64,000 nucleotides of DNA from Bacteroidota bacterium (GCA_947460345.1 CANHGM010000013.1:18610-82609), one strand, 5' to 3'. Shown: positions 50,211-59,756, counted from the first letter of the stretch. A program made the numbers and translations. Notes: generated by a model from the letters alone, not told the origin.

Positions 50211-50928
50211 TATATATATATTCATTTTAAGTATGATGAGCTATTTAACTTCTGCTCAAACATTTATTTATAATGGTTTGATAGAATATGAATGCCGGAC
50301 AAACAATCATAAACTTATGAAAGAAGAAAGCCCTGAATGGTTTGAATCTAGTAAAGATAGAATTCCAAAATATTCGATTGTATTCAATAATTTAATCTTT
50401 GATACATGCCGAACTTTGTATTATCCCGGCAAAGAGCCAGAACAAAAACCACCTTTTTGGGGAGATGAGGGTATTCCAGATGATTATATATTCTCTGATT
50501 TAAGTAAACATATATACGTTGGACAAAAAGAAGTTTTTGATCAAACATTCCTTATACAAGATTCTACCAAAAACATAAAATGGAAACTGACTCAAGAGAC
50601 TCGTGACATAGCAGGTTTTGAATGCAAAAAGGCCACAACCATCATTATGGATTCAGTATTCATCATTGCATATTATACCGATAAGATAATTTGTAACGGG
50701 GGGCCTTTGAGTGTAAACGGATTACCAGGGATGATTTTAGGCATGGTTGTTCCCAGAATTCATTCCACATGGTTTGCTATTAAGGTAACTCCTCAAATAA
50801 TAGCCGAAGACAAAAAATTAATCGCACCTAAAAAAGGAAAGAAAGCTACCAATCTTGAACTTTCAGTTAAGCTCAGAGAAACCTTTAAAGAATGGGGAAA
50901 AAGTTACATTATTAGTTTTATGCTTTAG
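50200..50928 (+). CDS. GLPGLI-family protein
   Basis: Contains the family-defining motif (here NGLPGMILG). About 243 aa with a signal peptide when started at the internal ATG 50200 (MRNNIYIFILSMMSYLTSAQ). The listed ORF start at 50161 is a TTG extension. Overlaps the upstream OMP gene by 11 nt. Confidence 0.75.
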   Translation: MRNNIYIFILSMMSYLTSAQTFIYNGLIEYECRTNNHKLMKEESPEWFESSKDRIPKYSIVFNNLIFDTCRTLYYPGKEPEQKPPFWGDEGIPDDYIFSDLSKHIYVGQKEVFDQTFLIQDSTKNIKWKLTQETRDIAGFECKKATTIIMDSVFIIAYYTDKIICNGGPLSVNGLPGMILGMVVPRIHSTWFAIKVTPQIIAEDKKLIAPKKGKKATNLELSVKLRETFKEWGKSYIISFML

Positions 50929-51799
50929 AAGTAGCTGCTTCAGGTGCAATTTTTTTGCACAAACCTTGCAAAACATTTCCTGGACCACATTCTATAAATT
51001 CAGTAGCACCATCAGCATACATTTTGGCTATACTCTGAGTCCATCTGACAGGAGCCGTAAGTTGGGCTACTAAATTTGATTTAATTTCTATAGGATTTGT
51101 TACCGGATTTGCAGTAAAATTTTGATAAATTGGACAAATAGGAGTATTAAAATTAGTTGCTTCAATAGCTTTAGCTAAATCAATTTTAGCTGGCTCCATT
51201 AATGGTGAATGAAAAGCACCGCCAACTTGAAGTAACAAAGCTCTTTTTGCACCAGCGGCTTTCAATTTTTCACAAGCTTGCGTTACACCTGCTAAACTTC
51301 CTGAAATTACTAATTGGCCAGGACAATTATAATTAGCTGGTACAACTATTTCATTAGTTATATTTAAACAAATTTCTTCCACTTTCGAATCTTCCAAACC
51401 TAAAACAGCAGCCATAGTTGATGGCTCAATTTCACATGCTCTTTGCATGGCCATCGCTCTTTGATAAACAAGCCTTAAACCATCTTCAAAACTTAAGCTA
51501 CCACTTGCTACTAATGCAGAAAACTCTCCTAAACTATGCCCGGCTACCATTTCAGGCTTGAAACCTTCGCCTAAAACCAATGCTGAAATAACTGAATGCA
51601 AAAACACAGCAGGCTGGGTAACCTTGGTCTGGCGTAAATCTTCTTCAGTTCCGTTAAACATGATATCTGTAATAGAATATCCTAAAATCTCATTTGCTTT
51701 TAAAAATAGTTCTTTTGCGAAGGAATTTGATTCATATAAATCTTTTCCCATCCCAACAAATTGAGCACCTTGCCCAGGAAATACATATGCTTTTTTCAT
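50918..51799 (-). CDS. fabD: Malonyl CoA-acyl carrier protein transacylase
   Basis: FPGQGAQFVGMGKDLY N-terminus and active-site GHSLGEFSALVASG. 293 aa. 3' end overlaps the 3' end of the convergent GLPGLI gene by 11 nt. Confidence 0.9.
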   Translation of the reverse strand: MKKAYVFPGQGAQFVGMGKDLYESNSFAKELFLKANEILGYSITDIMFNGTEEDLRQTKVTQPAVFLHSVISALVLGEGFKPEMVAGHSLGEFSALVASGSLSFEDGLRLVYQRAMAMQRACEIEPSTMAAVLGLEDSKVEEICLNITNEIVVPANYNCPGQLVISGSLAGVTQACEKLKAAGAKRALLLQVGGAFHSPLMEPAKIDLAKAIEATNFNTPICPIYQNFTANPVTNPIEIKSNLVAQLTAPVRWTQSIAKMYADGATEFIECGPGNVLQGLCKKIAPEAATSKA

Positions 51800-51868
51800 G
51801 TTTTCTGAATGTTAAACTTTGTGCGAAATAGCATCAGAAAAACATGATAATATAATTATTTTATAAAT

Positions 51869-53098
51869 TTATTCTAACTTCTTGCAATGGAAGCACTTCA
51901 AATTTTTGTAATGGTCTTCTACAAAAAACAAATAATCATCCCCTCCTTCTTTTAGTTTAAGTTTATTATATAATTCAATCGGATTTAATTTAAAATTTCT
52001 TCTGGAAATATTAGCTTTACTAATTCCATTAGTTTTAAAATAGTTCATCAATTCTTTCGGTTTAAAATCTAATATATTTTCAATCTTAAATTTTCTTCCG
52101 AAGAATCCATATAATGGTTCTTCAAAAACCATATAAGGTATTTGTTCATGAACAAAATTCCCTTTTAACTCGTGAAAGTAATTTTTCCATAAACCACAAT
52201 GGATAAGGGAATGATTTGCCTCATAGAAATATTTTTCATTTTGACTATACACTTGAATGGAAGACCCTTCAACGTTTTCAGAAGTATATATATGCTCATA
52301 ATTCGAACTCAAATCTACAGCTAATATTTGCTTAGTTAATGATTTTGAATCAATAATTGCTAAGACTTCCTTCATTTCGTTTTTAACTGCTAAGCACCAA
52401 ACTTTAGTTACTGATGGAATCTGTCTAAAAACTTCCTTCACATCAAACAACGGACTTAATTTAATTATCATTGTATCAAATTTTCCCTCTAAAGTTGAAA
52501 TGATTTTAAAAATATCAGGTTGCATATGAAACAATGAATGAACTCTACTTTCAGAAATGGGTCTTCGGTCAGGATCTATATATATTACATCACAATAGTC
52601 AATAATATCTATTGCCTCTTCAGCACTTTTGTCAAATCTAGTAATATTTTTAATATTCAGTTTTATGTAATTTTCACGAACTAATTTATTTAACTCAAAG
52701 TCGATATCAAAAGAATATATATGTTCAAAATGTTTTGAAAAAGCCCAATCATCAATTCCAAGACCACCTGTTAAATCAAAAAGTGTTTTACCAGAAAAAT
52801 GATTACATTTCCAGACTGCTAACAATTCGGAAGTTGCTTGTTGATATGATTTTTCAGTAAAAAAACACCTGTGGTTAAAAAATGTTGGAAATTTATTTTC
52901 ACTTTTTTTAAGTAGCCCTAATTGAGTAATAAAAAACTGAAAATCAATGTCATTATGCTTATTTTTCAGTAAAGCTACTTTCCTTAAATCATCATTTAAA
53001 TATAAATTTGTAAGATAATTATATTTTTCTTTATTAATGATTTGCATATTTGGCCTAATTTTGTAGTCATATATTTGAAAGTTCACTATGAGGCTCAT
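51869..53098 (-). CDS. Hypothetical protein with a probable class I SAM-dependent methyltransferase core
   Basis: Motif-I-like LFDLTGGLGIDDWAFSKHF followed by an acidic-strand pattern (IYSFDID...). 409 aa. The true start may be the internal Met at MQIINKEKY (about 53047), which would remove the overlap with the divergent small ORF. Confidence 0.45.
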   Translation of the reverse strand: MSLIVNFQIYDYKIRPNMQIINKEKYNYLTNLYLNDDLRKVALLKNKHNDIDFQFFITQLGLLKKSENKFPTFFNHRCFFTEKSYQQATSELLAVWKCNHFSGKTLFDLTGGLGIDDWAFSKHFEHIYSFDIDFELNKLVRENYIKLNIKNITRFDKSAEEAIDIIDYCDVIYIDPDRRPISESRVHSLFHMQPDIFKIISTLEGKFDTMIIKLSPLFDVKEVFRQIPSVTKVWCLAVKNEMKEVLAIIDSKSLTKQILAVDLSSNYEHIYTSENVEGSSIQVYSQNEKYFYEANHSLIHCGLWKNYFHELKGNFVHEQIPYMVFEEPLYGFFGRKFKIENILDFKPKELMNYFKTNGISKANISRRNFKLNPIELYNKLKLKEGGDDYLFFVEDHYKNLKCFHCKKLE

Positions 53099-53267
53099 AT
53101 TTATATTTTTATGTTATATAGTTTTGATAGGTTTTGAAACTTCATGTGCACCACGCAAAGCTTCAAAATGTCCTGACTATAGTAACAGTCCTTCTAGGGT
53201 AAGATATAATAGAGATGGAACTGTAAAAAGCAAATATAAACCTCGTTTAATTAGAAAATCTTTATAA
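53088..53267 (+). CDS. Small ORF (59 aa): hydrophobic N-terminus then a Cys pair (…ETSCAPRKASKCPDY…) and a basic tail
   Basis: Not in the ORF track (below its size cutoff). ATG at 53088, TAA at 53265. Only 1 nt separates its stop from the next small ORF's ATG. Start overlaps the annotated start of the divergent 51869..53098 gene by 11 nt, so the reality of this ORF is uncertain. Confidence 0.3.
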   Translation: MRLIFIFLCYIVLIGFETSCAPRKASKCPDYSNSPSRVRYNRDGTVKSKYKPRLIRKSL

Positions 53268-53268
53268 A

Positions 53269-53388
53269 ATGAAAAAAAATAAACTTATAATCGCTATCGC
53301 TTTAGTAGCAGTTGTTTTAGGTACATCTTCTTGCCAAAAGAAAATTTGTCCTCATTTCAAATTGCAATCTATTGTCTCTGTTAAATAA
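53269..53388 (+). CDS. Small lipopeptide ORF (39 aa): textbook signal peptide plus Cys-pair MKKNKLIIAIALVAVVLGTSSC|QKKICPHFKLQSIVSVK
   Basis: Not in the ORF track. The lipoprotein-type signal ends in LGTSSC. The mature part is 18 aa with C-x5-CP. Its TAA stop is immediately followed by the ATG of the YtxJ-like gene (TAAATG at 53386-53391), which indicates translational coupling. Confidence 0.4.
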   Translation: MKKNKLIIAIALVAVVLGTSSCQKKICPHFKLQSIVSVK

Positions 53389-53754
53389 ATGAAATTTCAG
53401 CTACTTGAAAATCAAGACCAGCTGAACAATGCCATTAAACTGTCATTCGAAACACCTGTGCTTTTAATTAAGCATAGCGAGAGATGTAGCATTAGTAGAA
53501 TGGCCATATCTAGGCTTGAAAGAGATTGGGACTCCCAGTCTTTAATTTCGCCTTATTTGATAGAAGTTAGAGAACAAAGAGGCATTTCAGATGCAATTAC
53601 TCAAAACTTTTCTATCATACATCAATCACCTCAAATTTTATTAATAGAGAAAGGTAAGTGCGTTTATACTGAATCGCATAATGGAATTAATTTTCAAGAT
53701 ATTAAGTGTTCATCTTTAGCACAATATTCACAACTTCATGCTTTAAAAATTTAG
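53389..53754 (+). CDS. YtxJ-family thioredoxin-like protein (monothiol bacilliredoxin BrxC-like, DUF2847)
   Basis: 121 aa thioredoxin fold with the single-Cys motif ...LLIKHSERCSISRMA... (compare the TCPIS motif of YtxJ). No CxxC. Confidence 0.65.
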   Translation: MKFQLLENQDQLNNAIKLSFETPVLLIKHSERCSISRMAISRLERDWDSQSLISPYLIEVREQRGISDAITQNFSIIHQSPQILLIEKGKCVYTESHNGINFQDIKCSSLAQYSQLHALKI

Positions 53755-53801
53755 TTCTATTTGTATAAAAAATATCTCAAGATTTATACAATAAAAACCC
53801 A

Positions 53802-54212
53802 CTAATTAATAAAATTGAATCTAATATCTTGTTCAATTTCAGGGTGAAGACTTTTTGCAACAGGGCAAGTTTTTGCAGCATTTTCAAGAATAGCTTTTTC
53901 TTTATCAGTAAATTTAGATACAAAAGTAATTTCAGCTATAATTTTTATAATTCTTCTAGGGTCAGGAGCCATGATTTTTGTAATTTCAACAATTGTTCCA
54001 TCAAAACCAGAAATTTTATGCGTATTGCAAGCTATACCCATAATAGTAAACATGCAACTTCCAAGAGCTGCAGCAACTAAATCAGTAGGTGAAAACATTT
54101 CCCCTTTACCCTGATTGTCTTTCGGAGCATCAGTATAAATTACATTATCCGACTGAATATGAGTCGCTTCGGTTCTTAGCTCACCTAAATACTTAATTTT
54201 TGATGTTATCAT
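53802..54212 (-). CDS. OsmC/Ohr-family peroxiredoxin-like protein
   Basis: 136 aa with two conserved Cys (…AALGSCMFTIMG… and …AKTCPVAKS…) typical of OsmC. Confidence 0.8.
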   Translation of the reverse strand: MITSKIKYLGELRTEATHIQSDNVIYTDAPKDNQGKGEMFSPTDLVAAALGSCMFTIMGIACNTHKISGFDGTIVEITKIMAPDPRRIIKIIAEITFVSKFTDKEKAILENAAKTCPVAKSLHPEIEQDIRFNFIN

Positions 54213-54306
54213 TTATTTTTTTGGTGCAAATAAAACGTTTATTAATCACAAACAAAAAACTTTAAAATTGATTCATTTGTTATTTGGTTTGAAAGAGACT
54301 ATAAAA

Positions 54307-54314
54307 TATATTTG
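54307..54314 (+). promoter_or_regulatory. Bacteroidota-type -7 promoter box (TATATTTG) upstream of lipA
   Basis: Exact TAnnTTTG match 13 nt upstream of the lipA ATG (54328). Implies a very short leader or a start slightly downstream. Confidence 0.25.
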
Positions 54315-54327
54315 CCTTTAAATACTG

Positions 54328-55215
54328 ATGATAGAGTTAACTGTTAATAATGAAACTGCTGGTAGGCCTAAAAAACCTGATTGGTTAAAAGTAAAATTGC
54401 CAACAGGTGAGAATTACAGGCATGTAAGAAAACTTGTTGACGAATATAAACTACATACCATTTGTGAAAGTGGAAATTGTCCGAATATGGGCGAATGCTG
54501 GGGAGCTGGTACGGCAACCTTTATGATTTTGGGGAATGTTTGTACTCGTTCATGTTCTTTTTGTGCAGTAGCCACAGGAAGACCAACTGAATATGATATA
54601 GATGAGCCAAGAAGAGTAGCAGAGGCAATAAAGTTAATGGAAGTAAAACATGCAGTTATCACGTCAGTTAACAGAGATGAATTGAAAGATAAAGGTGCAA
54701 CAGTTTGGGCTGATACTATTAGAATGGTAAAAGAAACAAGTCCTTCTACTACAATTGAAACATTAATACCTGATTTTAAATCAGAATGGGATTTACTTTA
54801 CAAAGTAATAGACGAGCAACCTGAAGTTGTATCTCACAATATGGAAACGGTGAAAAGACTTTATAAAAAAGTTCGTCCGCAAGCAAAATACGAAAGAAGC
54901 TTAGAACAAATTAGACTTACTAAAGAAAGAGGGTTAAGAACCAAATCTGGAATTATGTTAGGTCTTGGTGAAACTGACGAAGAAGTATTTGAAATCATGG
55001 ACGATTTAGCAGCAAATGGTTGTGATGTTTTAACAATAGGTCAGTATTTACAACCTACAAAAATGCATATAGCAGTTGAAGAGTTTATCCATCCTGATAA
55101 ATTTTTATATTACAAGCAAGTAGGATTATCAAAAGGTATAGAATATGTTGAATCAGGAGCATTAGTAAGGTCAAGCTATCATTCAGAAAAACATTTAAAA
55201 AAAGCAACTATTTAA
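54328..55215 (+). CDS. lipA: Lipoyl synthase
   Basis: Both cysteine clusters present: [13 protein letters not shown] (auxiliary 4Fe-4S) and [10 protein letters not shown] (radical-SAM CxxxCxxC). 295 aa. Confidence 0.9.
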   Translation: MIELTVNNETAGRPKKPDWLKVKLPTGENYRHVRKLVDEYKLHTICESGNCPNMGECWGAGTATFMILGNVCTRSCSFCAVATGRPTEYDIDEPRRVAEAIKLMEVKHAVITSVNRDELKDKGATVWADTIRMVKETSPSTTIETLIPDFKSEWDLLYKVIDEQPEVVSHNMETVKRLYKKVRPQAKYERSLEQIRLTKERGLRTKSGIMLGLGETDEEVFEIMDDLAANGCDVLTIGQYLQPTKMHIAVEEFIHPDKFLYYKQVGLSKGIEYVESGALVRSSYHSEKHLKKATI

Positions 55216-55254
55216 TCACTTAAGTCATTATATAATTATTACAACTAATAACAC

Positions 55255-58050
55255 ATGAAAAAGATAAGTATCATTTTAGCATCGGCAATGTTTGTTGTTG
55301 CTGGACTGGGTTTTGGTTATTTTCAAAAAAAGGAAATAAAAAACTATCAACCTAGAATCAGCAAATTAGCTATTGTAGAAGAAGAAGCGGAAGAAGAAGA
55401 AGCAAAAGGAATGTTCGAATTCTTCAAAATGTTTAGAAACAACCCAACAACAGGCACTGTTTCTTTAGAAGACATTAAACTTGCACAACAAGGGTTGAGA
55501 AATATGTCAAACCTTCGTGGAAGTTTACCACTTAATTGGAGTGAGTTAGGCCCAGACAACGTTGGAGGTAGAACTAGATGCATTCTAATTGACAATCAAG
55601 ATGCTACTGGAAATACAGTATATGCTGGTGGCGTTAGTGGTGGTTTATGGAAATCAACCAATGGAGGAGCTTATTGGAATAAGATAAGTGATATACAAGA
55701 AAATTTAATAGTATCAAGCATATGCCAAACTCCTGATGGGACTTTATTTTATGGTACAGGAGAAGATGGTTTTTATTTTTCGAGTGGACAAGGCCAAGGA
55801 GGAGGTTTTTTTGGAGGGGGAGCATTTAAGTCATCAGATGGTGGTAAAACATTTAAATTATTATCAAACACTAATCCATCTGCATCAGGTGGAACTAAGT
55901 GGTTATCAGTTCAATCTATGGCTGCTCATCCAACAAAAAACAGAGCATATGCATGTTTAGCTAATGGTTTTTATTTAACAGATGATGGTGGGACAACTTG
56001 GACAAAACCAAGCACTTCAGGTGCACCAGGAAACGCTACTATACAAGAGGTTAAGGTAGATAAAAATGGCGTAGTTTATGTAACCAATTCGACCAATGTT
56101 TGGAGATCTGATGATGGTGGCGATAACTATGTAAATATTACTCCTAAAAACACAAACACTACTGGTGGTGCATTTAGCAATTCTAGAAGAATTTCAATAG
56201 CTGTTGGATATTCAAATACTAATTATGTTTATATAATGGTTGCTGACAATGCTAGTAAATTAGCTGGAATTTTTCAAAGTACAGATAAGGGTAGCAATTG
56301 GAGTAGAATAGCTAGTAGGTCTCAGAACGGAGTAGACTTTGACCCATTAGCCAGTACTGCTAGTGCTCAAGGAGTATATGACAACGTAATTGGTGTAGAC
56401 CCAACTAATGAAAACAGAGTATTTGCTGCGGGTGTAGATTGGTGGGAATGGTTAAATCCAGCAGTTTACCCTAACAACCCAAAAAGTGGGTGGACAAATC
56501 CTACATCACAATTTGGAAGCAAATTCAATAATTTGTATATTCACTCTGATGTTCATTTTATTGCATTTGATTCGAAACATGGTTCGCCATTTATTACTTA
56601 TATAGGTACTGATGGAGGTATAACTAAATCAGTAGATGGTTGTAACACTTTTGCAACTCTGAATAGAGGATACAATGTAACTCAATTTTATGGAATGGCA
56701 GTTAATCCATTGTCGAGCAGTAGAGGATGGGAAAAGAAATATTTTGGTGGAACACAAGATAATAGTTGTGTATTAATAACCGGAAAAGGAAATACAGCAC
56801 AAACAAGTGTTACAATTTCTGGAGGTGATGGTTTTCAGTGTGAAGGTTCTCAAATATATCCTGAAATTATGTTCTATGGTTCTCAAAATGGTGGTTATAT
56901 GCGTTCAGGCAATGGAGGTGTTGATGCACAAAGAATGTATGATTGTAGAACAATTTGGCAAATGGATAATGCTTATGGATATGGTTCTGCAAATAAGTGT
57001 GAAGACAAAACAAGTGGATTTATAGATTATTTCAATGTTCCAATGAGACTTAAAGAAAAATGGAGCGATACTACTTCATTAATGGCTATTTGTGCTAATC
57101 GTCAAAATAAAACAGGAGGTGCTATATATATAACAAGAGATGCGATAGATTTGAAAAAACAAACAGGAGCTTTATGGTTTAATTTGTATGAAAATAACGG
57201 GTATTTTCATAAAATTGAAATATCAAATGATTTAAAATCAATATATGCAGCTACTGGTTCTTCATTAATTCGTATTCAAGGATTTGATACTATTACCTTC
57301 CCTACAGATACTAAAGATTCATCATGGAAAGTAGATCAAAACAGTATTCAAGTTAAGACTTTAAACAATTTTGGTGGTAGATTTATTACAGGTATAGCTG
57401 AAGATAAAAATGATCCAGCCCATCTTGTTGTTTCTTTAGGTAACTATGGTTCAACTGACCATGTGTATGAATCAAAAGACAGTGGAACTACTTGGGTAAA
57501 TATATCTGGAAATAATATGTTAAACTTCCCTGTTTATGATGTAATTATCTCTAATGAAAACTCAAAAGTAATTGTTGTTGCTACTGAATTTGGAATATTT
57601 GCAACTAAAGATGGAGGATTAACTTGGACTGAACAAAACAATGGCATGGCAAGAGTACCAGTATTACAAATTCGTCAATACCAAGATAAACCTTGGGAAG
57701 GTCCTACATTATACATAGCTACTCATGGTAGAGGCTTATTTAAATCAAATTCGCTCACTACAGGAATAGAAGTAAATAATACATCAAGTATCAAAACAAG
57801 ACTTTCTGTTTTTCCTAATCCGACAAGTGATGTAGTAAATATTGAATACTCAGCAAAACAAACAGGTACTGCTTATATTACCGTTGTTGATATAAAAGGG
57901 AATTTAATATACAATGCTGATTATAGAATTGCATTGCCAGGAAATCAAAGAATTAGTTTAAATACAGCAAATTGGTCTAGTGGTAATTATGTGATTTATT
58001 TAAAAACTAATGATGGAGAGCAATATCAAAAGTTGAGCGTTATTAAATAA
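55255..58050 (+). CDS. BNR/Asp-box repeat (sortilin/VPS10-like beta-propeller) protein with a T9SS type A C-terminal sorting domain
   Basis: At least 8 Asp-box repeats S/T-x-D/N-G-G-x-T/N-W/F (STNGGAYW, SSDGGKTF, TDDGGTTW, SDDGGDNY, STDKGSNW, SKDSGTTW, TKDGGLTW …). C-terminal CTD LSVFPNPTSDVVNIEY...GNYVIYLKTNDGEQYQKLSVIK. N-terminal TM/signal. Confidence 0.8.
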   Translation: MKKISIILASAMFVVAGLGFGYFQKKEIKNYQPRISKLAIVEEEAEEEEAKGMFEFFKMFRNNPTTGTVSLEDIKLAQQGLRNMSNLRGSLPLNWSELGPDNVGGRTRCILIDNQDATGNTVYAGGVSGGLWKSTNGGAYWNKISDIQENLIVSSICQTPDGTLFYGTGEDGFYFSSGQGQGGGFFGGGAFKSSDGGKTFKLLSNTNPSASGGTKWLSVQSMAAHPTKNRAYACLANGFYLTDDGGTTWTKPSTSGAPGNATIQEVKVDKNGVVYVTNSTNVWRSDDGGDNYVNITPKNTNTTGGAFSNSRRISIAVGYSNTNYVYIMVADNASKLAGIFQSTDKGSNWSRIASRSQNGVDFDPLASTASAQGVYDNVIGVDPTNENRVFAAGVDWWEWLNPAVYPNNPKSGWTNPTSQFGSKFNNLYIHSDVHFIAFDSKHGSPFITYIGTDGGITKSVDGCNTFATLNRGYNVTQFYGMAVNPLSSSRGWEKKYFGGTQDNSCVLITGKGNTAQTSVTISGGDGFQCEGSQIYPEIMFYGSQNGGYMRSGNGGVDAQRMYDCRTIWQMDNAYGYGSANKCEDKTSGFIDYFNVPMRLKEKWSDTTSLMAICANRQNKTGGAIYITRDAIDLKKQTGALWFNLYENNGYFHKIEISNDLKSIYAATGSSLIRIQGFDTITFPTDTKDSSWKVDQNSIQVKTLNNFGGRFITGIAEDKNDPAHLVVSLGNYGSTDHVYESKDSGTTWVNISGNNMLNFPVYDVIISNENSKVIVVATEFGIFATKDGGLTWTEQNNGMARVPVLQIRQYQDKPWEGPTLYIATHGRGLFKSNSLTTGIEVNNTSSIKTRLSVFPNPTSDVVNIEYSAKQTGTAYITVVDIKGNLIYNADYRIALPGNQRISLNTANWSSGNYVIYLKTNDGEQYQKLSVIK

Positions 58051-58063
58051 GAAATTTAAAAGA

Positions 58064-58106
58064 AAAAGCCCATTAAGTAAAAATCTTAATGGGCTTTTTC
58101 TTTTTT
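58064..58106 (+). terminator. Rho-independent terminator after the BNR-repeat gene
   Basis: 12-bp stem aagcccattaag/cttaatgggctt with a 7-nt loop, followed by TTTTTCTTTTTT. Starts 14 nt after the stop. Confidence 0.65.
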
Positions 58107-58614
58107 GGAACGTATATTGTTTATATTTGTAAAAAAAATCACTTTAATGAAAAAAATACTTTTTGCATTTGCCATGTCAGGACTGTTAATTTTTAGCGGT
58201 TCATTTACAAAACCTTTAGAAGAATTAAAATGGTATGACTTTAATGAAGGATACCAAAAAGCTAAGAAAAACAAAAAAATTGCTTTAATAGATACATATA
58301 CTGATTGGTGTGGATGGTGCAAGAAAATGGATAGAGACACATACACCAAAAGTCAAATCATTGAAAAAATCAATAAAAATTTTGTACCTATTAAATTCAA
58401 TCCAGAAATAAAAGATATCAGATATACACTTGATGGAAAAGAATACAGTGGGATGGAACTTTTATCTGTTATTTCAAACAAACAACAATCAGGCTATCCT
58501 ACAACATTTTTTATAATAACTAAAAAGAATAGAGTAATGATAGAAGTTGGTTACCAAGATGCAACTCAGTTTTCAGCTACTTTAGATAAAATTTTGGCTG
58601 AATCTCAAAATTAA
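58105..58614 (+). CDS. Thioredoxin-fold protein with a WCGWC active site (DUF255/thioredoxin-7-like), secreted
   Basis: CxxC motif in YTDWCGWCKKMD. Probable true start at the ATG at 58147 (MKKILFAFAMSGLLIFSGSF signal peptide). The first 14 codons of the listed ORF overlap the upstream terminator. Confidence 0.75.
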   Translation: MERILFIFVKKITLMKKILFAFAMSGLLIFSGSFTKPLEELKWYDFNEGYQKAKKNKKIALIDTYTDWCGWCKKMDRDTYTKSQIIEKINKNFVPIKFNPEIKDIRYTLDGKEYSGMELLSVISNKQQSGYPTTFFIITKKNRVMIEVGYQDATQFSATLDKILAESQN

Positions 58615-58630
58615 AAAAATACAAAAATTT

Positions 58631-58667
58631 AAAAAGCCATATAATGAAAATTTATATGGTTTTTTTT
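58631..58667 (+). terminator. Rho-independent (bidirectional) terminator between the convergent thioredoxin and porP/sprF genes
   Basis: Stem gccatataa/ttatatgg(u) with loop tgaaaat, followed by T8. An A5 run precedes the stem, so it can also serve the minus strand. Confidence 0.6.
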
Positions 58668-58673
58668 ATGTGC

Positions 58674-59756
58674 CTAAAACATTCTGAAAACACCCCGTTG
58701 AGGGAAATCAAAACAATTTAATGGTTTTCTAGAACCTCTATTTCTACCAAATTTAAACTCATCATAAGTAAAAATTAGGGAAATTTCGTGGCTCCCCCAA
58801 GTCTGCGTTCTAATTCCACCTAGATTTACATCTAAACTATAAGTAATCTGATAACTTCCAGCATTTCCTATTCCACTATGTATACCCATATTAATAATTA
58901 ATGCATCAGTATTTCTGAAAGTGGTATATGGACTATTTCTGTAATCTATTCCAACAAAGTACCAATCTTTATATAAAAAACAACCCGCTTGAAAAGCCTG
59001 AAATACAACTTCATCAAAAGCTTTTTGACCTTGTTGAGAATAATAAATATGTGGAAAAAACTGTGTAGGTGTTTTACTTCTAAAATTCTTAATTGGAATC
59101 ATAGCACCTATATATATGCTTGATTTTAAAGGCAATCTTCTATGAACACCAATAAATGATTCATCAGGTCTAGTTAAGTGATGGAATGCACCACCCCAGC
59201 CAATATATGATTCTCTTATAAACCTTCTGATTCTGTGGTTAAAACTAAAACCAAAATCGAAATCAGAATAAAAAATAGAAGTATTAGCTGGCTGTTGAGC
59301 AGATGATTTATAGACTTTACCTAAAACTGGATCAAACTCGTCACTAAATTCTAGTTTAGTCCAATCAATACTTTTATTAACCATATTAATACCAGTAGCT
59401 AAACTAAACTCAGTGTTCCCACTTCTGCCCATTAAATTTCTATATGCGTATATAATTCCAAGTTGAGTTGTATTCAAAAAACCCTCTCCCCTATTATCGC
59501 TCATAGCTGTTAAACCTAAACCTCCAGAAATAGCAGGCGCTGAAATATCAACGCCAATACCTGTAGTATTTAAAGGACCTGGTACATTTGGCCATAATTG
59601 TCTATGAATGGTGGCTAACCTCATGCCTTTGTTCGCTCCTACTAATGCAGGATTTAGGTAAATCCTATTAGAGAATAATTGAGAATAAAACGGATCTTGA
59701 GCATGTAGTATTTCAACACAACTATATATAAGAAGATATAAAATTAATTTTTTCAA
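58674..59756 (-). CDS. Type IX secretion system membrane protein, PorP/SprF family
   Basis: Family-typical N-terminus after the signal: AQDPFYSQLFSNRIYLNPALVGANKGMRLATIHRQLWP. About 360 aa beta-rich OM protein. Confidence 0.75.
   Translation of the reverse strand: MKKLILYLLIYSCVEILHAQDPFYSQLFSNRIYLNPALVGANKGMRLATIHRQLWPNVPGPLNTTGIGVDISAPAISGGLGLTAMSDNRGEGFLNTTQLGIIYAYRNLMGRSGNTEFSLATGINMVNKSIDWTKLEFSDEFDPVLGKVYKSSAQQPANTSIFYSDFDFGFSFNHRIRRFIRESYIGWGGAFHHLTRPDESFIGVHRRLPLKSSIYIGAMIPIKNFRSKTPTQFFPHIYYSQQGQKAFDEVVFQAFQAGCFLYKDWYFVGIDYRNSPYTTFRNTDALIINMGIHSGIGNAGSYQITYSLDVNLGGIRTQTWGSHEISLIFTYDEFKFGRNRGSRKPLNCFDFPQRGVFRMF

Noticed and set aside
58086-58349. 87-aa minus-strand ORF opposite the thioredoxin gene
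   Set aside because: Antisense to a CxxC thioredoxin ORF with a signal peptide and overlaps the upstream terminator. No support.
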